Shown in pieces: positions 1 through 9,050 of a stretch of 39,520 nucleotides of DNA. The position numbers and the translations under genes are program-made. The notes under the pieces were generated by a model. It was not told the origin of the DNA and searched no databases. It saw only the letters and a list, made by a program, of their open reading frames with translations. The stretch comes from Methanobacteriota archaeon (lineage in GTDB: Archaea; Thermoplasmatota; Poseidoniia; Poseidoniales; Thalassarchaeaceae): positions 1 through 39,520 of the forward strand of contig PANM01000038.1 of the NCBI GenBank assembly GCA_002708385.1, given 5' to 3'. The number at the start of each line of letters is the position of its first letter. The stretch's first letter is position 1.

Positions 1-25
1 ACACTTCATGCAATTAATCGGAGGC

Positions 26-3000
26 TCACTGTTCGTAAGGTTCCCAAGCACCCGTCAAGACGTTGTGCTTGAGTAGACTTCCATCTGGGTTCTGTACCCA
101 AACATCCCCATTGTCATCACGCCATACTTTCTGACCGTGTTCATTGATTTGTGCATCTGGAGGTGCTTCAATTTTCGGAACTGGTGGTGGAGTATCTGCG
201 AGAAGACTGTCAAGGTCTAATTCATCGACTACTTCAGTTGATTGTATATCAGATTGAGGTTCTGTGAATACTTCTTCATTGACCTCGGACTCTAGAGTTA
301 GATCTACACCAAATTGTTCAGAAGTCAGTGATTCATCCACTGATTCTGTAACTATCTGTTCTGCTGCTTGTAAGTCCAACATAGTAGCGGGGGAGGGTTC
401 TTCTGTTTCAGGTATAGGCTCACTTTCGACTTGGGCTTGGGTATTTTCAAAAAACATACGGTCTTCAGCCGATACTCTAACTTCTACTCCGCCTATCTGT
501 CGAAGCTCATGAGTGCTATCATCAGCCTCAGATTTCTTCTGGCGGCTACCAACACCCATTCGTACGCTAAATCCGATTACTCCAAGAATAATTAAACCGA
601 TAAACAGGTGAACTGCTGCTTGCCCATACGTTTGGTAAAACTTCAGCGTTGGGAAATCATCTGAATTGTCACCAGTTCCATCTCCGTCAGAATCCTGCCA
701 TTCATCGGGATTCTTGGGGAAGGCATCGGGGCCAGCGGTACAAACTCCAGTGACATTGTTAGGGCCATCACAGGTCCCATCTCCGTCGAAATCAGGGATA
801 AGTGGATCTAGTCCAATCTCAGTTTCCTGAAGGTCAGTAATTCCATCACCATCATCATCTTCATCTGTATTATCTCCAATTCCATCTCCATCTGAATCTA
901 GCCACTCTGTTCGATCTAAAGGAAGGTCATCAGTGACATCTGGGAAGCCATCGTTATCATCATCATCATCTTCTTGTGTATCTTCACAACCATCCTGATC
1001 CCAATCATTTCCTTCAACACTAATCCAATTCAACAGTCCATAATCGCATAAATCAGTATAGTCAAGTACCCCATCATTATCATCATCGTCATCCAAGAAA
1101 TTCGGTATATTGTCTCCATCATAATCCTCTCGACAATCTTCAACATTGTCCGAACCCTCGACCAATGTTATTGTTCCTTGAGGGCAAGGTAGTGGTTCTG
1201 TTGCACCTTCGACGTCTACATAGAAATTAATCTCCGCAGGTATCTGTGATTTCGCCCCAGTAGAATTTACGTAGTATCCTAGACTTGCGGGTTTACATTC
1301 AGTCTGTTTAATGATATTTTGGTAACTTCCAACATCACATTCAATTTGATTAGCCGACCCAGATTCAGGAACGTGATAACCTAATTCTGAATCTAAACAA
1401 GAGAGTTTACTATATGACCCAGAATCTGGATTGAATGTTCCTGGCTCACAAGCATTTTGAGTAGAGGAGGCTTGTGTATCAACGTAATGTCCAGGGTCTG
1501 CAATTAAACAAATTGAGCTACCTTCATTCGGCTGGTAATGACCAATGTCACAAGCTTCTTGTAAGCCTGAACCCTCATTTGCAACGAAATAACCTGGACT
1601 TGTATTCATACAATCGTTTGAGGAGGTGGAACCACTTGATGGAAGGAAAGTACCCGCCAAACAAGCAGTTTGAGATGAGGCAAAGTGAGAGTCGACATAG
1701 TAACCAGGTTCAGCTAGAACACAATCAGTGCCTCCTAGATTTTCCTGAAAGGAACCCATCGAACAGCCAATTTGTCCCGTAGCTCCTTCGCTAGGCACAT
1801 GATATCCAGAATCTGCATCTATGCAGCTAGATTGCCCTGGTGCTGGTTGATAGGTTCCTGCAGAACACAAAATTTGTTCTGATGAGCCCGAATTAGGGAC
1901 ATAGTTTCCTGGTTCTGCTGCAAGGCAGTCTGCAGAATTGATCGAACCACTATCTTGGTTGTACGTTCCAGCATTGCAGGCTGTTTGCATTGAAGCCGCT
2001 GGAATATCTACGTAATATCCGGGTGAAGAAGTATCACAACTTGTGGATCCGTAACTGTCTTGCCATGTTCCTACCGAACATGGTAATTGAGCATCCGCAC
2101 CCGGGGTTGGCACGTAATAACCTGGTGCGGCTGAGTCGCAAGCAATTTGCCCCTGATTTGCAGAATAATTACCTGGATTACATTCGATTTGTCCTATTGA
2201 CCCCTGTAAAGGAACAAAATGACCAAAATCTGCAAGTAAACAATCGGTAGCTTGAGTTGCAAGTGCAAATGGATTGTATGAACCAGCAGGGCATGCTAAC
2301 TGAGAAATTGACGCCGGAGTATCAACATAAAAGCCAGGTTCTGCCCCATTACAATCTGATTGACCAGGTAGTGGTTGATAATAACCTGGAACACATGGTT
2401 GTTGGTTTGCTGATCCGGGATCGCCTGTATAATATCCCGAGGAGGTTTGAAGACAACTAATCTGACCACTTGATGGTTGATACTCTCCTGGTGAACATGC
2501 AGTCTGTGAAATTGAAGCATTTGTAGCTACAAAATGTCCTGGCTCAGCGTCCGTACAGGACAATTGTCCACCGTAGGGCTGGAAGGTTCCTAGATGACAT
2601 TGCGTTTGATTCGTTGCACCCTGAATTGGAACATAATGTCCGGCATCAGCTTCCAAACAAACTCTCTGACCTGAAGCAGGCTGATAGGTCCCTACGTTAC
2701 AGATTGTTTGATTCGCCTGGCCAGTAGCTGGAACGTAATACCCAGGACTTGCCGCAAAACATGTAGTTTGAGCTGATGATGGTTGATAAGTTCCTATAGA
2801 ACAGGATGTTTGTGCTGATGATCCTGTTGAATTGACAAAATGCCCTACACCAGCAGCAATTTGATTTGCAGAGCCTGCTTGAGCTACGTAGTAACCTAGA
2901 GCGGAAATTGTGCAATCAGTTTGCCCAGGATAAGTTTGGTAGTAACCTGCAGGACATTGGTTCTGAGAAGTCGCTCCGGAACCGTATACATAATGACCTG

Positions 3001-5131
3001 GAGAGGCCTGATTACAGGAAGAGGAGGCGTCCTGATCTTGCCAGGAACCTGGTGAACAGAGTGTCGAATAAAGAGCCTGCTCGGCGTTTACATGGATCGA
3101 GGTGGATCCTATTGTTACTGCGTTTTCGCCTGTAGATTTTACTTCAATAACTAGATTGTAGTCGTCTGAACCGTTGAAACCTGAGGTGAATGTTACTCGA
3201 ATAAAGTATATCCCTGTAGAATTATTTGCTGAAATTGTCGAGACCTCATCATGAGTATTACTGGTATTGGAAAAATCAATCACATCGAATGATGAATTTA
3301 ACAATTCGATATCGAAGTTTTTTCCAGCCGGAGACGTTAGATTTGCTATGAACCAGGTATTCCTTGATAGATTCAGGAAGAATACGTCGGTGTTGTCTGA
3401 ACTACCTTCGAAAGAACCCGTGTAGTTTGCACTCATTAGAGACAAAGGTACTGCTGTACTGTTTGTAGAACCCGCATCACCCATATCTAGGCTAACAAAG
3501 GAACCTGGGGCAGAGACAATACATGATGATTGACCAATTTCCATGTTGTAATATCCGGTTTCACAAGGGGTTTGTGAAATTGAGGCAGATAAATCAACGT
3601 AATGACCGGCGGATGCGTCCAAACAATCAGATTGACCACTGAACGGTTGAAATGTGCCAGGGTCACAGGAATATTGTATCAAGCCACCTGATGCGTAATG
3701 CCCCTCTTCTGCATCTAAACATGATAGTCTTCCATATTGACCTTCGTCACAATCTAACCATCTGACAGGGTTATTTGGATAATTTTCGTCTGAATCTATA
3801 ACTCCATCGCCATCAAGATCCCCAGTTTGGTGAGTATCGAAAATATTACGAATTCCATCGCCATCAAAGTCTTGATCTGAATATGCAACTTGCCCCCCAT
3901 CATTGAATGTCAATTCAAACGGAATGAGTTTTGAGTCTGTAGTATTGTCAAACTCTCCAGATTGGGCTCCCCAACATTTCAATGAATAGTCCGACAAAAT
4001 TGCACAAGTGGAATAATATCCCGCAGCTGCTGATATTACTGTCAAACCTGGCCCTAGATTTACATTAGCAATAGGATCACCCTCAGCTGGGAAGATATTT
4101 TCGGAATTACAATTTGGATTGGTTGTTGAGGCGCAGGTTCCGTCTCCTAATTGTCCGTTTGAATTTATACCCCAACATTGCATAGAACCATTGTTGGTAA
4201 CCACACATGCGTGACTACCAATACCATCCAGCATAATAGCAGTGGCATTATCTCCCAAGTCTATGAGATACAAGTTTGAAGATACTGGCCCATTATCGGA
4301 AAATACAGTGAATTTGCTACCCCAACAACCAACTGAACCATTTTCAAAAATTACGCAGGTTGATCTCGCCGAGGTGATTATTGATACGGCCCGAAGACCT
4401 GTGGAATGATTCGATAAGATTGGAATGAGGGAATCATTTGTTGTGCCATCCCCGAGTTGCCCTCTAATATTTAGCCCCCAACACATAACATCGCCGTTAT
4501 GGGTAATCACACAGGTATAATCATCTCCTGCCGAAACTGCAACCGCGTCAACTCCAATGCCAAGATTTATCTCGACTGGAGCAGCCCTGTTCGTAGTGGT
4601 ATTATCTCCAATTTGGCCATGGTGGTTACGACCCCAACACCATAGACTTGCGTCAATTAAAATTGCACATGTATGTTCTTTACCCGAATCGACTAATACA
4701 GGGTGCTGATTAAAATTAACGTAACCTTCCGTTAAGTCATTATTTGCCAGACCTAATTGACCATAACCATTCGAACCCGAACAATACATTGAGTAATTGA
4801 ATAAAATTGAGCATCTACCTGAAGTTGAAATCAACGAACCCTCAGTGTAGATTGGATTTCCTTCTGACCATTTGACTGAAGTTCCATTATTGAGAATAAC
4901 CAATGGGCCGCTATTTGTCACATCCAATACTGAATTTGAGAAAATTGTACTAGATTCTGAACCATTGATATTAATTGATGAAGTATCGTTAGTCGTGAAT
5001 GATTGAACCCTAGGTTCGCCCAGTTCTAAATTTTCCTTATCCGGATCAGAAAGAAAACCCAATATTGGTACGGCGAGAAATAAAAGGCAAATCCCTAGAG
5101 CAACGATTCTCTTCATTTCAGCATTCTCCAT
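26..5131 (-). CDS. Giant single-pass cell-surface protein: signal peptide, RCC1-like repeats, ~20 GCC2/GCC3 (ephrin-receptor-like) Cys repeats, PPC-like domain, TSP3 Ca-binding repeats, TM helix, acidic cytoplasmic tail
   Basis: ORF 26..5191; likely start at ATG 5131 or 5116 (MKRIVALGICLLFLAVPILG signal peptide). RCC1 motifs (CWGRNHHGQIGD, CWGLNIRGQLGDG), 34-aa CxxGxYQxxxGQxxC repeats, DxDxDG repeats, TM AAVHLFIGLIILGVIGFSV. Confidence 0.85.
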   Translation of the reverse strand: MENAEMKRIVALGICLLFLAVPILGFLSDPDKENLELGEPRVQSFTTNDTSSININGSESSTIFSNSVLDVTNSGPLVILNNGTSVKWSEGNPIYTEGSLISTSGRCSILFNYSMYCSGSNGYGQLGLANNDLTEGYVNFNQHPVLVDSGKEHTCAILIDASLWCWGRNHHGQIGDNTTTNRAAPVEINLGIGVDAVAVSAGDDYTCVITHNGDVMCWGLNIRGQLGDGTTNDSLIPILSNHSTGLRAVSIITSARSTCVIFENGSVGCWGSKFTVFSDNGPVSSNLYLIDLGDNATAIMLDGIGSHACVVTNNGSMQCWGINSNGQLGDGTCASTTNPNCNSENIFPAEGDPIANVNLGPGLTVISAAAGYYSTCAILSDYSLKCWGAQSGEFDNTTDSKLIPFELTFNDGGQVAYSDQDFDGDGIRNIFDTHQTGDLDGDGVIDSDENYPNNPVRWLDCDEGQYGRLSCLDAEEGHYASGGLIQYSCDPGTFQPFSGQSDCLDASAGHYVDLSASISQTPCETGYYNMEIGQSSCIVSAPGSFVSLDMGDAGSTNSTAVPLSLMSANYTGSFEGSSDNTDVFFLNLSRNTWFIANLTSPAGKNFDIELLNSSFDVIDFSNTSNTHDEVSTISANNSTGIYFIRVTFTSGFNGSDDYNLVIEVKSTGENAVTIGSTSIHVNAEQALYSTLCSPGSWQDQDASSSCNQASPGHYVYGSGATSQNQCPAGYYQTYPGQTDCTISALGYYVAQAGSANQIAAGVGHFVNSTGSSAQTSCSIGTYQPSSAQTTCFAASPGYYVPATGQANQTICNVGTYQPASGQRVCLEADAGHYVPIQGATNQTQCHLGTFQPYGGQLSCTDAEPGHFVATNASISQTACSPGEYQPSSGQISCLQTSSGYYTGDPGSANQQPCVPGYYQPLPGQSDCNGAEPGFYVDTPASISQLACPAGSYNPFALATQATDCLLADFGHFVPLQGSIGQIECNPGNYSANQGQIACDSAAPGYYVPTPGADAQLPCSVGTWQDSYGSTSCDTSSPGYYVDIPAASMQTACNAGTYNQDSGSINSADCLAAEPGNYVPNSGSSEQILCSAGTYQPAPGQSSCIDADSGYHVPSEGATGQIGCSMGSFQENLGGTDCVLAEPGYYVDSHFASSQTACLAGTFLPSSGSTSSNDCMNTSPGYFVANEGSGLQEACDIGHYQPNEGSSICLIADPGHYVDTQASSTQNACEPGTFNPDSGSYSKLSCLDSELGYHVPESGSANQIECDVGSYQNIIKQTECKPASLGYYVNSTGAKSQIPAEINFYVDVEGATEPLPCPQGTITLVEGSDNVEDCREDYDGDNIPNFLDDDDDNDGVLDYTDLCDYGLLNWISVEGNDWDQDGCEDTQEDDDDDNDGFPDVTDDLPLDRTEWLDSDGDGIGDNTDEDDDGDGITDLQETEIGLDPLIPDFDGDGTCDGPNNVTGVCTAGPDAFPKNPDEWQDSDGDGTGDNSDDFPTLKFYQTYGQAAVHLFIGLIILGVIGFSVRMGVGSRQKKSEADDSTHELRQIGGVEVRVSAEDRMFFENTQAQVESEPIPETEEPSPATMLDLQAAEQIVTESVDESLTSEQFGVDLTLESEVNEEVFTEPQSDIQSTEVVDELDLDSLLADTPPPVPKIEAPPDAQINEHGQKVWRDDNGDVWVQNPDGSLLKHNVLTGAWEPYEQ

Positions 5132-5187
5132 ATGGCTTGGCGCACTTACAGAGATTATGACTATTACCTTTAACTGAACAAGTTGCA

Positions 5188-6969
5188 TCATACCTTAAGC
5201 ACCTTTAATGCTAGTCCGTAAGACTGTACTCCCACCTCCGTTAATACCTCCTCTACGTCTGAAAAGGCAGGTTCAAGGGAATTTCTAGAGGCCTTTGCCC
5301 GATTTGAAACTATACGCCAGGCTGCTTTGCTACCGATTCCAGGAATTGCTTCAAGCTGAGATTGAGTCGCGGTGTTAATCGATAATCTAGATTCAACTCC
5401 ACTTATGCTTCTCATTCCATGCCCAGTTACTATGATGTCAGATTTTGTTTCTAGGGGAATTTGATATGGCGTACCTACCAATATTGGATAGGCACCAATC
5501 TGTCTCCCAAAAGTAATTCCAGAACTGCCATAAATCGAAACATCTCTGTGAATTTTTTGCAACACTTGTTCAGGTCTTCTGATTCGATCATCATGAGCTT
5601 CCCACCAAACTCCTTTGAGTTCAGTACCAATTGGAAACATTTCTTTTAGAAGTGGTTTATCGATTTCCTCTCGCACTCTTTTCTTGAATTCTTGAAATAT
5701 ATCTTGAGGGATTTCTTGGAAGCCCAATCCTTCGACCTGTCTAATGTTGATTCGTCGCAGCCATAGACCCTCTGATCTGAGGCTATCAAGTAATTGCATA
5801 TTGATTCCATAGGACCTCTTTGTTTCCCCGTTTAGGCCAGCGATGAAATTGAGTCCCGGCAATAATTTCGGCAGCCCTCGTTGTCCCGATTCTCTTCCAA
5901 ATTCATTGATATGGCGAATAGCAACCTTGAGCTGTTCCGTATTGCAATTTAGCCAATTTTCATGATGAACTAGGGGGTCAGCCGATTCGAGCCCAAATGA
6001 GAGTACTGCTCCATCAGATAAAGTAGAAATCAGAGTTCTAGTTATTTCAGATGCGGGTTCTAAATTCTCGGCAATAATAGAAGGATTGGCATTATCGACA
6101 TGCAGTATATCCAATCTTTCATCTTCTCTTAATCCATGTAACACTTGGGCAATCGGTTCTGGGTCAGGGATAGGATATTCTAATTCTACAACACCTTCGG
6201 CTTTGTAGGTATAGATATCAGTAGCGCCTCCTATTCTAACATGATTTACTCCATTATCCAGAGCCGTGGTGATTTCAGTAATTACTTCATTTTCGTCCCT
6301 AAAAATTGGAACTCCTTTCTTTGGCTCAATACAGAATTTGCAACCCCTTTTGTACCTCACACAGCCTTGATACAGTTCAACCTCATAGGTTAGAGGACCA
6401 GGACGACCATCTTCGGTGATTAAATCTGGATGACTTGTGACGCATTTCCCTTCAGCACCTGCTTTCGCCCAAGTATTCCACTGGTCAGCTGTTCTTCGCT
6501 TGTGGGACCACTCCCCTGTGCTTAGGAAATAGGCCAAGGTGGCATCTGTATCCTGAACTGCACAAAATAATTCAGTTCGCAGAGGCATCCAGCCATCATA
6601 GCGCCAATGACGAATTGCCCAGCCACCTGTGAGAACTGGTTGTTCCCTTGGGAATATCGAAAGGAATTCGTCTAATTCTCTACGTGAAATAGGAGTTCCG
6701 CGAACGTACTTACCAGGCACTATTGCACCTGCTAAAACTACTGCACCGTCAAGTTCGGAAAGTTGTTTTTTCAGTATTTCTCTATCCGATGAATTTGACA
6801 GCTTTTTTTTATGTTGCAGCCTCCAGTCATCAATTGTCATATATGTGTATTCTAACCCTCTGGATTCAAGCACTCCACAGATATATCTGACGTGGAATCC
6901 AAGATAATTTGGCACCCCAAAAGCAGCGGGTTCATCCTCATATCCATCAAGGACCAACCAGCCTTCCAT
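5188..6969 (-). CDS. Radical SAM protein with C-terminal TRAM-like and helix-hairpin-helix domains (COG1031-like)
   Basis: N-terminal LDGYEDEPAAFGVP, cluster motif CVRYKRGCKFC, GLESAD, HhH motif INTATQSQLEAIPGIG. Confidence 0.85.
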   Translation of the reverse strand: MEGWLVLDGYEDEPAAFGVPNYLGFHVRYICGVLESRGLEYTYMTIDDWRLQHKKKLSNSSDREILKKQLSELDGAVVLAGAIVPGKYVRGTPISRRELDEFLSIFPREQPVLTGGWAIRHWRYDGWMPLRTELFCAVQDTDATLAYFLSTGEWSHKRRTADQWNTWAKAGAEGKCVTSHPDLITEDGRPGPLTYEVELYQGCVRYKRGCKFCIEPKKGVPIFRDENEVITEITTALDNGVNHVRIGGATDIYTYKAEGVVELEYPIPDPEPIAQVLHGLREDERLDILHVDNANPSIIAENLEPASEITRTLISTLSDGAVLSFGLESADPLVHHENWLNCNTEQLKVAIRHINEFGRESGQRGLPKLLPGLNFIAGLNGETKRSYGINMQLLDSLRSEGLWLRRINIRQVEGLGFQEIPQDIFQEFKKRVREEIDKPLLKEMFPIGTELKGVWWEAHDDRIRRPEQVLQKIHRDVSIYGSSGITFGRQIGAYPILVGTPYQIPLETKSDIIVTGHGMRSISGVESRLSINTATQSQLEAIPGIGSKAAWRIVSNRAKASRNSLEPAFSDVEEVLTEVGVQSYGLALKVLKV

Positions 6970-7049
6970 CCAAACCCTCGAGTGTTCGAATTACTGATTG
7001 GTCTTCACGACTTCGCTATTCAAGAGTAGATATCTTGAGAAATTATCCT

Positions 7050-8324
7050 CTATCGACGATTGCGATTGCGATTTCGATTTCCTTTTCCACGGCCTCTACC
7101 GCCGCCATCATTAGATTCTTGAACACTAATTTTTCTTCCACGAATTTCGGTACCATCGAGTTCCTTAATCGCCTTTTCACCGGCTATTCGGCTAGCAAAT
7201 TTCACGAAAGCAAATCCTCGAGATTTTCCTGTATCTCTGTCCTTTGCAATGCTGCATTCTGTTATTTCCCCGTGTGTTGAAAATAGATTCTTGAGGTCTT
7301 CTTCACTCGCCTCAAAGGAAAGCCTTGCGACAAAGAGTTTGATTCCCGCTGCCTCTGCTGCCTGTGAACGAGCTTTGGTAAGAACTTCTCTTTCTGCTGC
7401 GAGTTCTTCCTTTGTTGCCTTTCCGTCATTCACCTTATCCATGCAATCCTTGCATCGGACTGGCTTACCTGGTGTGGGCTCAAATGGAACTGTAGTATCG
7501 GTTCCACAAAGTGTACACTTGCACTCATGCTTGATGCGTTGACGGCCACCTGAGCCTCCTTTTCCGGTAATTGCAGAACGAATCCTCACTGCTGCGGGTG
7601 GAGCCTTGTGATTAGGCCCACGACGATGGTCAGCCATGGGGGAAAGATACGGTCTAGCTCCTTCATGACCAAGATTGCCCTCAGCTTCCGGAGACCATCT
7701 TTCCCCTGCCCTATTCAATTCCTGTATATCCTTACCAAGAGTATGACCGTGGCCAAAACCATTTGATAATGCCCTGTATCCAGAATAATCGCATCTATTA
7801 CATACCACATTGAAGTCTTGGTTCTTGTCAGATGTTGTCAATTCATTCCCACATGCTGGACAAATTGCCCATAAGACTCCTAATTCAGGAGAGCCTCGTG
7901 TACTCGCTTTCAGGTTAGGTTCCAATTGTGTTATTCTAGCGCGAATCAAATCCCTAGTTCGCATTGCATCCCCTGGTGAAGGTAGGAATCTATCGACAAT
8001 TTCAGTTACGAAGATATCCGCGAATAAATTGTCAGCAATCAAATCTCTGTGTCCACCTTCTTTTTCGGTGTGTAGAATACGAATCATTACCACTTTAGGC
8101 ATTAATTTGACAACTTCCGCAATAACCTCATCTCCGATTTCTGGAGAATTCGTATTGGGACGATTCGATTTAATCGAGATTATCTCTCCATCCGAAATTA
8201 TCGTCCCACTGACCAATGCAATTGCACCAACATCAGACTCTGAAAGTCCGGGACCAATAGCGGTGCCTGATGGCACTTCTACTTGATTTCCTGGTGTGAC
8301 AAAGTCCCCAGTTGCAGCACTCAT
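7050..8324 (-). CDS. csl4: Exosome RNA-binding protein Csl4 fused to CxxC-x17-CxxC zinc finger, RRM domain and RG/RN-rich tail
   Basis: N-terminal FVTPG, S1 domain (PEIGDEVIAEV...DLIRARI), LGVLWAICPACG...CNRC zinc ribbon; then CTLC-x17-CKDC; RNP2 KLFVARL and RNP1 RGFAFVKF; tail GRGRGKGNRNRNRNRR. Confidence 0.85.
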   Translation of the reverse strand: MSAATGDFVTPGNQVEVPSGTAIGPGLSESDVGAIALVSGTIISDGEIISIKSNRPNTNSPEIGDEVIAEVVKLMPKVVMIRILHTEKEGGHRDLIADNLFADIFVTEIVDRFLPSPGDAMRTRDLIRARITQLEPNLKASTRGSPELGVLWAICPACGNELTTSDKNQDFNVVCNRCDYSGYRALSNGFGHGHTLGKDIQELNRAGERWSPEAEGNLGHEGARPYLSPMADHRRGPNHKAPPAAVRIRSAITGKGGSGGRQRIKHECKCTLCGTDTTVPFEPTPGKPVRCKDCMDKVNDGKATKEELAAEREVLTKARSQAAEAAGIKLFVARLSFEASEEDLKNLFSTHGEITECSIAKDRDTGKSRGFAFVKFASRIAGEKAIKELDGTEIRGRKISVQESNDGGGRGRGKGNRNRNRNRR

Positions 8325-8399
8325 TGTGACCGGCGACCGAACTACTCCCTATGAACGGTCCGGCCGTGCGTAGCACGGTTAATTGGAGAATAAAATCAA

Positions 8400-9014
8400 T
8401 TACTCAGGGGGCTTTAATCTCCAAAATGCAACCTTTGTTTTTCCTCGACTACTTGAGTGGTGAGTATAGACAGCTGGGAGAGGAAATTCAGTTTCCCAAT
8501 ATCGGTTAACTGTCCATCCTTTCGATTCGAAATAGGGTTCAACATGAGTTGCTTTAGCGCTGTGCATAAGGTGACAAATGGAATTAGAACGAATGATCAC
8601 ATCAAAAAAAGTGCGATCTGATTTAGCGACTTGAGTACCCCAAGGCGGGTTAGAAATTATCAAATCTACGCCGGATAAATCTAAGTTTTCATCGACATTT
8701 TGCATCATAAGCTCGACATTTTCTGAAACACCCACCTGTTCAATCGATTGGAAGGCGCTATTGCAGGCATCTTCATCCAATTCAATCAATAGCACTTGTT
8801 CTATTCCCATCAGAGCAGCACCTATTCCCAGAACCCCGTTTCCAGCACCTAGGTCTACAATTTTTGAATCAGAAGTCATATCACCAAATGTTGCTATTTG
8901 GCTTAACCAAGATGCTGCTATATCTCCCGGTGTAGAATATTGTTCTAACTCAAGCCTTCCACAGGGATGAGGAGGTAGAGAGGAGAGAAGCATGGCTAGT
9001 TGCCGTTGTCGCAC
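8400..9014 (-). CDS. METTL5-like (COG2263) N6-adenine RNA methyltransferase
   Basis: LEQYSTP, SAM-binding DLGAGNG, catalytic NPPW, C-terminal YTHH typical of this family. Confidence 0.85.
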   Translation of the reverse strand: MRQRQLAMLLSSLPPHPCGRLELEQYSTPGDIAASWLSQIATFGDMTSDSKIVDLGAGNGVLGIGAALMGIEQVLLIELDEDACNSAFQSIEQVGVSENVELMMQNVDENLDLSGVDLIISNPPWGTQVAKSDRTFFDVIIRSNSICHLMHSAKATHVEPYFESKGWTVNRYWETEFPLPAVYTHHSSSRGKTKVAFWRLKPPE

Positions 9015-9050
9015 GAACTCGGATGGAGGTCAGCCTATTGGCGTGTGCGG

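Noticed and set aside
650-1130. Repetitive TCATCATC-rich DNA
   Set aside because: Encodes the Asp-rich TSP3 repeats; not a CRISPR array or independent DNA repeat.
1133-3751. ~102-bp periodicity considered as a CRISPR or VNTR array
   Set aside because: Repeats are conserved at protein level with diverged codons; no identical direct repeats or cas genes.
5132-5191. N-terminal extension of the giant protein from ATG 5191
   Set aside because: The signal peptide begins at 5131/5116; the upstream segment looks like intergenic or promoter DNA, though the ATGA overlap cannot be fully excluded.
7020-7038. TCAAGA...TCTTGA inverted repeat after csl4 as a terminator
   Set aside because: Weak AT-rich 6-bp stem with no clear U-tract; could be chance.
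7056-7082. Short tandem CGATT(G/T) repeat
   Set aside because: Explained by the RNRNRNR tail of the Csl4 fusion.
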